In this document: one piece after another, positions 49,576-61,322 of the stretch | How the letters are laid out: every line of letters begins with the position of its first letter | How positions within the stretch are numbered: the first letter of the stretch is position 1 | NCBI GenBank assembly: GCA_951406725.2 | Contig: OX597827.1 | Span: 77,438,001 to 77,502,000, forward strand | Direction of reading: 5' to 3' | Source: Octopus vulgaris | Lineage: Eukaryota | Length of the DNA: 64,000 nt | Position numbers and translations under genes: made by a program | The notes under the pieces: model-generated | Told to the model about the DNA's origin: nothing | The model's input: the letters and a program-made list of their open reading frames with translations, nothing else | Database searches by the model: none

Positions 49576-49807
49576 GGGCATATGGCATAGTGGTTAAGAG
49601 TGCGAGCTACTAACCCCAAGATTCCAAGTTTGATTCTAGGCAGTGATATGAATAATAATAAGAAGATTGAAAAATACCTTAGGAATGAGAACCCATGTTT
49701 GAAATTTCCCCAAGACACCTGATGAAGGCTGGAGGGTATATCAGCCGAAACGTTGTGTTAACAACAAACAAGATGAGGACAAATATTCGTCAAATGTAAA
49801 TAATGTA
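49576..49807 (+). mobile_element. tRNA-headed short retroelement carrying a minimal hammerhead ribozyme (copy 2)
   Basis: A-box TGGCATAGTGG, B-box-like GTTTGATTC (49628) and a hammerhead at 49714. It is preceded by a perfect 25-bp inverted copy of its own head (49526-49550). Confidence 0.8.
49714..49759 (+). ncRNA. Minimal type I hammerhead ribozyme motif
   Basis: gacac-CUGAUGA-a-GGCUG-gaggguauau-CAGCC-GAAA-cg-UU-guguu; predicted cleavage after 49754. Confidence 0.78.
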
Positions 49808-50667
49808 TATTTATTCCCATTGTTTTGAATTAATTGTTTCATTTTCTTGTAAGTTTGAGATTCTGATGTTATTGGAGATTTTCAGAATGAAATTATAGGG
49901 TGGCTGGCAAAGGCCAGATTCTGGCAGGTAAAATGCTTTGGCTGGATACAGCCAGTTTGAATGCTAAAGGGATCTAGCCCAACGGTTTGCAACTGGGGCT
50001 CATATGGCCCTTAGGGGTCCATATAAGACTAAGAGTAATAGATTGCTTGTACATCTAAAATTCACAAAGTATTAAATTTTTTTTTTTATATGCAATTCCT
50101 AATATCTAATTATAAAAATGGGATTATTTTTAATATGGGGGTCCAGCAGTGTAAAAAAGGAATCAAAAGGATCCAAGAGGTCCATACAGTCTATTTAGGA
50201 CTATACTATCCAATGTGTCCTTCTTTGAGACTGTAGGGTGTGTTATAAGGGAAATTTGACTTATTTCCAGCTGGTCAGGCAATCAGAGATTCCCGTCATT
50301 GGTTTGGTGATAGATCTGTGTCCTACCCATGGGTATATTTCTCTATTTCACACAAGCAAGTCCTAGCCTTTAAAAGGGTCCACTAAAAAATTTAGGGAAG
50401 ATTTTATTTGAGCTCCTTTATGATTAATGATATAGCAACTTTGACTAATGAGCTAGCCTGTATGTTATTGCTCAACCTGCTAAAAAACCCAGTTAAATTT
50501 CCCTCATACCATACAGTCTTAAAAATAGGAAGGACACAGTTGTAGGATGTAGGCCTAGGTATACTAAGCTGGAGCTTCTTTGGTCATAGGTCTTCTAGGT
50601 TATGGCTGACCTGGGGCTAAACAACATCAAATCAGCTAACTGTAAATAATGTAATCCTAGATATACT

Positions 50668-51645
50668 ATCATCATCATCATCATTTAACGTCCACTTTCC
50701 ATGCTGGCATGGGTTGGACAGTTTGAGGGCTGACAAGCCAGAAGGCTGCACCAGGCTCCAATCTTATCAGGCAGAGTTTCTACAGATGGATACCCTTCCT
50801 AACACCAACCACTCCGAGAGTGTAGTGGGTGCTTTTACATGCCACCAGCATGAGGGCCAGTCAGTGGGTACTGGCATCGGCCACACTCAAATGGTGCTTT
50901 TTACGTGAGCCAGTCAGTGACCCTGGCAACAATCATGCTCAAATGGTGCTTTTAACGTCCCACTGGCACAGGTGCCAATCAGACAGTACTGTCATCAGCC
51001 GAGGTTGACTTTGCCTTTCATCCTTTCAGGATTGATAAATTAAGTACCAGTTAAGCACTGGGGTCGATATAATCGACTTAATACCTATGTCTGTCCATGT
51101 TTGTCCCCTCTATGTTCAGCCCCTTGTGGGTAATAAAGAAATAAGTACTGTCATCAGCCACGACAGCGATTTCATTTGCATCAACAGGTCTTCACAAGCG
51201 TAGTTTATTGTCCAATGATTGAAGGGTATTCTTAAATGGGTTATACAGCATTGGCATAGGCCATGGTTATCGTCTCACTTGGCATTCCAGGTCTTCTCAA
51301 GCACAGCATATCTCCAAAGGTCTTGGTCACTAGTCATTGCCTTGGTGAGGCCCAATGTTTGAAAGTCATGCTTCACCACCTCATCCTGGGTGGGTCTACA
51401 TCTTCTACAGGTTCCCTCAACTGCTAGGGTGTGACAATTTTTCACACAGCTGTCCTCATTCATTCGCAACACATGACCATACCAGCGCAGCCGTCTCTCT
51501 TGTACACCACATCTGATGCTTCTTCAGTCCAACTTTTCTCTCAGGGTGCTTACACTCTGTCATGCATGCACACTGACATTACACATCCAGCAGAGCATAC
51601 TGGCTTCATTCCTTGCAAGCTTATGCATGTCCTCAGGATGGCCAT
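50668..51645 (-). mobile_element. 5'-truncated RTE-clade LINE with a 5'-truncated SINE A (51001-51143, +) inserted in its 3' UTR
   Basis: EDMHKLARNEASMLCWMCNVSV..ERRLRWYGHVLRMNEDSCVK..LWRYAVLEKTWNAK* plus an (ATG)n tail. The SINE has a 16-bp TSD AGTACTGTCATCAGCC (50985 and 51144). Confidence 0.88.
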
Positions 51646-51749
51646 GGTGGGAACACTCTTGATCATAGATTTTCCTGATTGGTGCAGAAAACTGCAATAA
51701 ATCAGATCCTGTGGGATAAACTGAAGAGATCCCTTTAAAAAATAAAATA

Positions 51750-52168
51750 GACATAGGAGTGGCTGTGTGGTAAGTAGCTTGCTTACCAACCACATGGTTC
51801 CAGGTTCAGCCCCACTGTGTGGCACCTTGGGCAAGTGTCTTCTACTATAGCCTCAGGCCAACCAAAGCCTTGTGAGTGGATTTGGTAAATGGAAACTGAA
51901 AGAAGCCTGTTGTATATATGTGTGTGTGTATATATATATATATGTGTGTGTGTGTGTTTGTGTGACTGTTTGTACCCCAACATCACTTGACAACCGATGT
52001 TGGTGTGTTTACTTCCCCGTAACTAAGTGGTTCAGTAAAAGAGACCGATAGAATAAGTACTAGGCTTACAAAGAATAAATCCTGGGGTTGTTTTGCTCAA
52101 CTAAAGGCGGTGCTCCAGCATGGCCACAGTCAAATGACTGAAACAAGTAAAAGAGTAAAAAGAGAGTA
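51750..52168 (+). mobile_element. SINE family B, full length; further copies at 52195-52540 (+), 52590-52765 (-), 53918-54262 (-) and 56182-56820 (+, interrupted)
   Basis: tRNA-like head, CCTTGGGCAAGTG core, (TA)/(TG) tract and tail GGCGGTGCTCCAGCATGGCCACAGTCAAATGACTGAAACAAGTAAAAGA. Confidence 0.88.
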
Positions 52169-52923
52169 AATAAATAAAAAAGAGAGGGAGATTTTATGGC
52201 TGAGTGGTTAAGAGGGTTGCTTTCCAACCAGCTGGGCTTGGGTTCATTCCCACTGCATGGCACCTTGGGCAAGTGTGTTCTACTATAGCCTTGGGCCAAC
52301 CAAAGCCTTGTGAGTGGATTTGATTAATGGAAACTTTGTGGAAGCCTGTTGTGTCCCTTCACAGCACTCGACAACCAGTGACGATTATGGTTACATCTCT
52401 ATAACTTAGCAGTTCAGCAAAAGAGACTTATAGAATAAGTACCAGACAAGTCTTGGAATCGATTTGTTCAACTAAACCTTTGAAGACAGTGCCCCAGCAT
52501 GACCATGGTTCAATAATGACAGAGATCAGTCAAAGAAGACTAGAAACAACATCGTTTGTATGATGGGGATGCTGATGTGCAACCATCACACGAACCCCCC
52601 CACACAACACACACGATGGGTTTCTTTCAGTTTCCACCAACTTGCAAGGCTCTCATTTGGCCCAGGCCTACATAGAAGACACTTGCCCAGGGTGCCACAC
52701 AATGGGACCGAACCGGAGACCGTACAACTGGGAAGCAACTTCTTAACCACACAGCCATGCTGGCACTTGTATATTTCTTTACTGCCCACAAGGGGCTAAA
52801 CACAGAGGCAAGGACATGCCTGCACTTTAGGAGAAAAGAAAGAAACACAAGTCCAATGTATTTGGCCATAAATCTGCTTTAATCAATGGTGAGATCAGTA
52901 AACAACAACTTGGATTATTATAA

Positions 52924-53559
52924 TTAATCTTTGTTAATTCTATGTTTGGCTTTGTGTTCTTGCAGCTGTTTGTCTAACACGAAGTTTCTCTTGCACAAAT
53001 CACAATGGAACGGCTTCTTTTTGTGGATAGGGACGTGACGTTTAAGAGAAGTCTCTTTCTTGTAGGACTTGCCACAGATATGGCAGGGGAAATCTGGCAC
53101 CGACTCCCATTTTCCTTTACCGTCATCGTTGCCATTTGAATGTTTTCTGGAATAATGACCCATCAAACTGGAATGGTCAGGGAATTTCTCATCACAGATT
53201 TCGCATTTAAATCTGTTGTCTTTATATTTCTCTCTCTGCTTCTTGGCGTTTTCATGAGTCTGTTGGTGTTTCTGCAAAGGAAAATTCCTGTTGAATTCTC
53301 TGCCACAGATTTTGCACATAAACGGATTTTCAGGCAAATGATTTCTCTGATGCATTTGGAGATATTCCTTCCTGGAGAAATCTTTCCCACAGGTATCACA
53401 ATGAAACAGCTTTTTACTTAGACGAGCTGTGCGCACAACACCAGAATTATATCGATTTTGGAGGATTCTTTTCTCTGGTTCTGGGGTTGATGCTGATTCA
53501 GAAGAAATCATTACGATTTTTTCATCTTCACGGGTTGGTTCAACATTATCCATAATCAT
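52924..53559 (-). CDS. C2H2 zinc-finger protein (211 aa, 5 fingers in a 2+1+2 arrangement)
   Basis: Fingers FHCDTCGKDF..HQRNH, FMCKICGREF..HQQTH, FKCEICDEKF..HYSRKH, FPCHICGKSY..HVPIH and FHCDLCKRNF..HKAKH. A splice acceptor TTTTCAG| lies 2 nt before the ATG, so the exon starts at 53561. Confidence 0.9.
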   Translation of the reverse strand: MIMDNVEPTREDEKIVMISSESASTPEPEKRILQNRYNSGVVRTARLSKKLFHCDTCGKDFSRKEYLQMHQRNHLPENPFMCKICGREFNRNFPLQKHQQTHENAKKQREKYKDNRFKCEICDEKFPDHSSLMGHYSRKHSNGNDDGKGKWESVPDFPCHICGKSYKKETSLKRHVPIHKKKPFHCDLCKRNFVLDKQLQEHKAKHRINKD

Positions 53560-54108
53560 GTCTGAAAATTAGTTCAAAACATTTTTCTTTTAATTAGACT
53601 GGTCGTTTGAGTTTATGGAATGCAAACGGCATATTTTGTATGAAACATAAAATATTGGTAAAGGAATTAATATTTTTTGCAATTCAAATAATTGATTATT
53701 GGTTCAGGATTAACCATCACATGACGGGTAACTTTGGAAGTATGCTTTGGCCTTCCTGGGGAGCATCAAGAAATATGGTAAACACGCAATAATCAGATTT
53801 TAACATTAATAAAAATTTCTTGGTGTTTATACAAAATAATGGAAGGAATATCAATTTTTTTCCAAAAGAAAAAAATATTACTTTAAAATAAAATTAAATA
53901 AAACAAATTTTTCATTTACTCTTTTACTTGTTTCAGTCATTTTAATGTGGCCATGCTGGAGCACCGACTTTAGTCGAGCAAATCGACCCCAGGTCTTATT
54001 CTTTGTAAGCCTAGTACTTATTCTATCAGTCTCTTTTGCTGAACTGCTAAGTTACAGGGATGTAAACATACCACCATCGGTTGTCAAGCGATGTTGGGGG
54101 GACAAACA

Positions 54109-54145
<37 letters not shown>

Positions 54146-54340
54146 CTATATATTGGTTGGCTATAGTAGAAGACACTTGCCCAAGGTGCCACGCAGTGGA
54201 ACTGAACCCGGAACCATGTGGTTGGTAAGCAATCTACTTACCACACAGCCACTCCTATGCCTTTTGTATATTCCTAATAGATATTAAGATTTTTCTAATT
54301 TTTAAAACCTAATCCCAAATTTATTCCATTGAAAACTTAC

Positions 54341-54780
54341 CTCTGAACAATTTCATTAAAAATGCTTATTTTAGAGAAAATTAAAGGAGTCCTTTACAGC
54401 TCTTAACTCTCTCTCTCTCTCTCTCTTTTACTCTCTCTTCCTGTCTGTCCCCCTCTATGCAGAGTAAAGAGCATAACTTGAGGAATCACTCGACCGGCCA
54501 ACATTTATAACAATTACCATTAGAGATTGATGACAGAGATTAAGCAAAGGTCTGCAAAATGTTGAACCTCTGGATTTGGTTAAAAAGAGACGATGAGCGA
54601 TGGCTAGAAGTATATTGAGTTCTTCATAACCAGCTGATCTAGCATGCGGGGCCAGTGCGCATTGATGCCGTTGAGAGGTAGGCCCCGAAACGGCGCGCAT
54701 TCTCTCCTGATGACCCATAGACTTGCTAGCTTCCGGTATACGGAGCTTTTAACTGGTAGCACTTGCATGTGCAAGTTGTT
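54341..54780 (-). promoter_or_regulatory. Probable non-coding upstream exon and promoter of the minus-strand ZNF gene
   Basis: Strong donor GAG|GTAAGT at 54341/54340. Locally CpG-retaining sequence with an ETS-like CCGGAAG (~54730-54736, minus) and the palindrome ACTTGCATGTGCAAGT. Confidence 0.45.
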
Positions 54781-54814
54781 TGCAAGACATGTCGGTTAAA
54801 AACCAAACCCAAAC

Positions 54815-55127
54815 CAGTGATCCCTAACCATCTTATAATTTATGGACCGCTTTCATTTCTATCCTACTCTGATGGACCCCCCCCCAACCTATTTGATGTT
54901 TAAAAACTCATTTCATAGACCCGTCTTTCAATATTCTTATTTTGTTTTTCCTTCATTCACTTGTGGAGGTTGAACTGAGAAAGAAATTTTGCAGCCTCTT
55001 GCATTAAATTCATCAAAAACAAAACTATTTCATGGACCCAGAAAATACTATTGTGGACCTAGTTTACTATTTTGCTTGTGTGAACCCCAGAAAATCTTAT
55101 AGTTTGGGCCCAGGTTGAGAACCACTG
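54815..55127. mobile_element. hAT-like MITE
   Basis: CAGTGATCCCTAACC..GGTTGAGAACCACTG; 8-bp TSD ACCCAAAC/CCCCAAAC. Confidence 0.7.
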
Positions 55128-57064
55128 CCCCAAACTAACAACTTGTAACCAGTTGTGAGGCAATGGTTGTTTATATTTTGGTTAATCTAAAAACTATTTC
55201 AGCAACAAAGAAAATTAAATCAGGACATCTTCACAAATTCAAAATAACAACCATTACAGATACGTGTGAGAGAGAGAGAGAGAGGAGAGAGAGAGTAATA
55301 ATAATGGCTGCTGTTCCTCAGACTGCTAAAGATTCCTGTCCAGAATGAAATCCCAGATCACTACAGAAAGTTTGGAGAACAAACTCCAGGCATGGAAAGG
55401 AACCCTGGAACTGAAGATCCTTAAACGTAAACTAAACAAAAACTAAACTTTTTAATACAAAGGGGAAAAGATGAGGTCCAGCTACCACCAGAAATGATGG
55501 GCAGCCTACGATTTCTGATGGTTTTCCCTATTAATGCAAACTCAGAACAAATTTCCTTAATCTTTTCACAAAATACCAGACATTTTAATGCCTTTATTGC
55601 AGCCCCTAAATCTCTTACCAGCCAACTAAAAAATTGACAAAGTTGGGAGGTAAAGACAAACTTCAAAGAACAACCATTAATTTCAGAAGAGCAAACCGTT
55701 GGACAATGTGGCAACGATGGTTTTATGAATCAAATGAAAGATAAATAAATCAGTCTATTTTGACAGTCGGCTTCTAAAGCTGCTTTTCTGGTTTCCGGCT
55801 GTGATCAAACTCAACAGATCTGAACAGGCAACAGTGTCTTAAGTAGAAATTTCTATTTGACAATTGCAACGTTTGAATTGGTTCTTTGTAGCGAGAAAAA
55901 TAGACTGTGCCAGTGGTTTGGTTTAACCCAGTTTACTTGGCTGTTATTTGTAATGTAAATACTCGCTTTTTAAATCTCTAAAGGTATTTTCAGACATATT
56001 GTCAGAAGCAGGGGGGAAAAAAAGAAAAGAGCCAAGTCAATATATACTTAAAAAAAAACAAAAAAACAACCAACAAACCATTTTAACTTGAAAAGTAAAC
56101 AGAAATACAGGCTATACAAAGAGAAAAGAAACTATTTACAAGAAAAACTAATAAGATGCTATCTTTTAAATTCTTCCACATAGGCAGAGGTATGGCTGTG
56201 TGGCAAAAAGCTTGCTTTCCAACCACAGAATTTCAAGGTCAGTCCCACTGTGTGGAATCTTGGGAAAGTGGCTTCTGCTATAGACTCGGACCAACCAAAG
56301 CTTAGTGAGTGGATTTGGTAGATGGAAACTGAAAGAAGCCTGTAGTATACATCATCAATTAGTGTCTGCTTTCCATGCTGGCAAGGGTTTGACTAGAGAG
56401 CGGTACCAGATTCCAGTTTGGTTTCTTTGGTTGGATGCCTTCCTAACACCAACCACTCCAGGAATTTAGTGGTTGCCTTTTACATGTCACCAGTACTTTT
56501 CAGAACTAGGATTTCACTTGGTTTGAGGAGTCTTACACACAATGGGCTTCTTTAAGTTTCCATTTACCAAATCCACTCACAAGGCTTTGGTCAGCATGAG
56601 GCTATAGAAGATGTGTGTGTGTGTGTGCTTGGCAACTGGTGTTGGTGTGTTTATGTCCCCATAACTTAGCAGGCAGTTCCTCAAAAGTGAGTGAAACAAT
56701 AAAGTACTTGGCTTAAAAATAAAAAAAAAGTAGTGGGGTTGATTCATTCAACTAAAACTTCTTCAAGGTGGTGCCCCAGCATGGCCACAGTTTAATGACT
56801 GAAACAAGTAAAAGATAAAAGATTCTAGGAAGAAACAAACTTGGTAATTTCTCAGCCAATTTAAGAGCAATCAGTAATACATGACAGAGATTGAACTGAA
56901 CACTTTCTTTTATTGGCCACACAGGGCCTAACAGAGAGGGGACAGAAGGAAAAGAACAGATGGAAAGGATGAATTAGATAAAAGATCAAAGTGAACACTT
57001 GCTTCATTTCGTGTTGTGTGACTTGGGTCAACCTGTCTGTGGTTAATTAGTGCCACAATTATAA

Positions 57065-58185
57065 GGCGGCAAGTTGGCTGAATCATTAGCACACCGGGCG
57101 AAATGCTTAGCGGTATTTTGTCTGCCATTACGTTCTGAGTTCAAATTCCGCCGAGGTCGACTTTGCCTTTTATCCTTTCGGGGTCGATTAAATAAGTACC
57201 AGTTACGCACTGGGGTCGATGTAATCGACTTAATCCATTTGTCTGTCCTTGTTTGTCCCCTCTGTGTTTAGCCCCTTGTGGGTAGTAAAGAAATAGGTAT
57301 TTCGTCTGCCATTACGTTCTGAGTTCAAATTCCGCCGAGGTCGACTTTGGCTTTCATCCTTTTAGGGGTCGATAAATTAAGTACCAGTTGTATACTGGGG
57401 TAGATCTAATCAACTGCAGCCCCCCCCCCCCCCACCAAAAAAATTTCAGGCCTTGTGCCTCGAGTAGAAAAGAATAAGTGACACATTTACTTGGATGGGT
57501 GTCACTGAAAGAACTATAGTAGTAGTAGTGGTGGTTTGTAAGCTTGGTACAAGGCCAAAATAAAATTGTATTATAGGCACAAGGCCTGCAATTTGCAGGG
57601 GGGCAGGTGGCTAATATTTACATTGACCCCAATACTTATTGACCCTGAAAGGGTGAAAGGCAAAGCTGAACGGAGCCTGGAGCTGGAAGGAAGGCCACAA
57701 AGCATTTTATCTGATGTGATAATGGTTCTGTTAGTTTGCTGCTTTAATATAACAATAACAACAATAATGATCCTTTCTGCTGAAACTTTGGGGGAGGGGA
57801 CTAATCGATTACATCAACCCCCAGTGTTTCACTGGTACTTAATTTATTGACCCCGAAAGGATGAAAGGCAAAGTTGACCTGGGCAGAATTTGAACTCAGA
57901 ACATAGTGACGGGAGCAAAATACTGTTAAGTATTTTGTCCAGCATGCTAACGATTCTGCCAGCTCACCTCCTTAATAATAATGGTTTCAAATTTTTGCCA
58001 CAAGGGCAGCTTGTGACAGAGGATTAAGTTGATTAAATCGACCCCAGTGTGTAACTGGTACTTATTAACCTAAAAGGATGAAAGGCAAAGTTGACCTCGG
58101 TGGAATTTGAATCCAGAACATAATGACAGACGAAATACCGCTAAGCATTTCGCCTGGCATGCTAACGATTCTGCCAGCACGCCCA
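57065..58185. mobile_element. SINE family A cluster, including a head-to-tail dimer at 57065-57475 (+) and minus-strand copies to 58185; another copy at 63070-63223 (-)
   Basis: Well-conserved family A head and core motifs. Confidence 0.85.
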
Positions 58186-58203
58186 TGTAATAATAATAAT
58201 AAT

Positions 58204-58567
58204 AACGAGCATTCAGAGAGCGTAAATCTTTGCCAAGGCAACCTCAACATCCTCTCAATGATTAGCCAGAGATGATTTTTAAAATGAGAATATCTGAAAT
58301 AAACTCGATTGCTCTCACAAACGAGAATACTAATAATGAACCTGACTGCTCTCAAAAGTTAAGTAAAAAAACAGGAAAAATAATCCAGAATCCTTGTCCA
58401 GTACTGGATCGATCCCAAAATCTAATCAGTTCATGCCAGTCATAAGGCCGAACATGCCCGAAAGTTTCATTTGAATCCATCCAGTGGTTCTTGAGATATC
58501 TTGTCCACGGACAAACAAACAAATGCAACTAAAAACAATACCTCTGCTTTTGCTAAGGCAGACGTAA
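58204..58567. mobile_element. Short non-autonomous element with a 3' hairpin (possibly Helentron/HINE-like)
   Basis: 5' motif TTGCCAAGGCA echoed at the 3' end (TTGCTAAGGCA), an (AAAC)n tract and terminal stem-loop ACCTCTGCTTTTGCTAAGGCAGACGT, within AAT repeats. Confidence 0.4.
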
Positions 58568-59655
58568 TAATATCCTAGTATATTCAATAAGCTTTGGGAT
58601 GACTGTCCAATATTTGTTTTCACAATTACAATTTCCTAGGAAATTTAATAGTGATTGGAATTCTAGCCACAAAACAAACCAGTCTTAAATAAAAGATATA
58701 ATTTACATCATCACACTTGTGTAATGGAGTAAATTTTGTAATTAACACAGTATTTAATTACTTTCATTATAAATATTCCCCACATCTTCATCATCATCAT
58801 TTAATGTCCATATTTCCTTGCTTGCATGGCTCGGATGGAATTTGTTAAGGTTTTCTACAGCCTGAGTCCCTTCTGGTCACCAAATCCTATTTCCAACCAA
58901 TGTAATATTTCCTCGTGTGGTGTTCGTTTCCATCCCACTTGACAACCAGTGTGGGTTTGTTTACATCCCTCTATCATAATGGTTCAGTACGAGAGATCAA
59001 TAAAATTGCATATCAGACTTACAAAGTAGGTTTTGCAGGTGACTTGTTTGACTAAACCCCTCAAAAACGGTGCCCCAGTAGGGCCACAGTCCAATGACTG
59101 AAGCAAGTAGAAAGATAATCACCCAGCTTATTTCACACCACTTCATTAGCAAGCTCGTTAAAATGCTCGACAACTCGTGTTCCAATCCTTGGCATTCTGA
59201 TTTCAAATCCCATCAAGGTTCCTTCTGCCTTTCATCCCTTTTAGTGGTGGTGGCGACGGCGGGGGGGGGGGGGGGCGGACATCCATAAAGGAAGGACCAG
59301 CCCAGCACTGGATATCAATTGTTTCTTTCTCTCTGGAGAAATCGGTGAGGTGAGACATGAAGACAGCTGAGTGGACTCTACCAAGTTTAAATACCCCTAC
59401 TACTTAATCAAGAGTTGAGCACACAAGGCCAGGTAAGGCTTATACTTTATTCTCAGTGCTATAGGACAATGGTTCTCAACCATTTTTTTGTTTTGTTTTG
59501 TTTTTTACCTATAGACCCCTTTTTGTTTATTTTCTTATTCTGAGGGATCCCCATAGTCATTCAATGTTTAAAAACTACTTGTTTTTCACCCATTCACTTG
59601 TGTAGGTTTGCAATGTTAATCTCCCAGAGGAAATATTTCAGCCGCCAGAAACATG

Positions 59656-60641
59656 TTAACCCTCTTGTTACTAACCAGACTGAAAACATCTCTGTCTCTG
59701 TAGTACAAATGTCTTGTTTTCATAAGTTTTGAATAAAAATCTTCCATCAAACCTTAGTCACAATTTATGTTCCTAACACTGGTTGAATGATAACCAAATT
59801 ATTTCACTAAATTCTTTGTTATATTTAAAATTAATTGAAAGAAACACAGAGCATCTCAACAGAAATATGGTAACGAAGGGGTTAAAATATATAATAGAGA
59901 AACAATTCTTAACCCTTTCGTTACCAACCAGACTGAAACCAGCTCTGACTGAGTATAAATCTCTTGTTTACATAAGTTCTGAATGAAAATCTTCCATCAA
60001 ACCTTAGTCACAATTTATGTTCCTAACACTGGTTGAATGATAACTAAGTTATTTTACTAAATTCTTTGTTATATTTAAAATTAATTGAAAGAAACACAGA
60101 GCATCTCAACAGAAATATGGTAACAAAAGGGTTAAAATATATAATAGAGAAACAATTCTTAACCCTTTTGATACCAACCTGGCTGAAACCAGCTCTGGCT
60201 CTATAATACAAATGTTTTGTTTTCATAAGTTTTGAATTACAATCTTCCACCAAACCTTAGTCACAATTTATGTTCCTAACACTAGCCTAATGATAATTAA
60301 ATTATTTTACTAAATTCTTTGTTATATTTAAAATTAATTGAAAGAAACACAGAGCATCTCAATAGAAATATGGTAACAAAAGGATTAAAATATATGATAG
60401 AGAAACAATTCTGAACCCTTTTGATACCAACCTGGCTGAAACCAGCTCTGGCTCTGTAGTGCAAATGTCTTGTTTTCATAAGTTTTGAATGAAAATCTTC
60501 CACCAAACCTTAGTCACAATTTATGTTCCTAACACTAGCTTAATGATAACTAAGTTATTTTACTAAATTCTTTGTTATATTTAAAATTAATTGAAAGAAA
60601 CACAGATCATCTCAAAATAAAAACAGTAACGAAAGGGTTAA
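59656..60641 (+). repeat. Tandem array of 4 piggyBac-like MITEs separated by a near-constant 23-bp spacer (period ~250 bp)
   Basis: Units at 59656-59885, 59909-60135, 60159-60388 and 60412-60641, each approximately TTAA-CCC..GGG-TTAA. Spacer AATATATAATAGAGAAACAATTC. Confidence 0.92.
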
Positions 60642-61015
60642 ATTAGATGGGGTTTTTTGTGATAAATACTTTAAGCAAAATTTTTTCAAAAGGCCTTTAA
60701 TATACTAATGTGGATCAAAATTTATTAATTTTGAATGTGAACTCCCTGGGGTGACATGGACTCCAATTATGCTAACTTCCATACAGAACATTTTAATGAT
60801 ATATACTGTTGCTATTGGAGACCTGGTACTATTTAGTGCTGGCTGAACACTACTGAGGAGGCCTATGATCAGAGATATTCCAATGGTGACCATCTCGTCT
60901 TTTAAGGTCTATCAAAGCTATTACATTTTTAATGTTTTATTTTCATTCATGCAGTAGGATGTGGTTTGAGGAAAATTTGGTTACTATATCTCGCCGTATG
61001 AACGACCAGGTAGAG

Positions 61016-61322
61016 CAGAGTTTCTCAACTATTTTTTTTATTTATAGACCCCTTTTATTATTATTCTAGTGAGGTGGACCCACATAGCCATTCGAGGTTT
61101 ACAGAAACTTTCAAAATCCCTATTTTGTTTTGCACCCATTAACTTGCGTAGGCTGGACTGTTAGAGAAAGAAACCTCACTGTTTCTTGCAATACACACAG
61201 CTAAAGCAAAGCTTTTCAAGGGCCCTTAAAATACTATTGTAGATCCCCAATTTACTATTTCGTGGCATAGACCCCCATAAATCTTATATGAACCCTCAGG
61301 GGTCTCCTGTTAAGAACCACTG
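61016..61322. mobile_element. hAT-like MITE; a related copy at ~61364-61665
   Basis: CAGAGTTTCTCAAC..GTTAAGAACCACTG; 8-bp TSD AGGTAGAG/ATGTAGAG. Confidence 0.7.

Noticed and set aside
49576-49650. Possible tRNA gene (also 24610-24675 and the SINE heads)
   Set aside because: A/B boxes are present but there is no complete cloverleaf or acceptor stem, and the sequences continue into repeat bodies. They are tRNA-derived heads.
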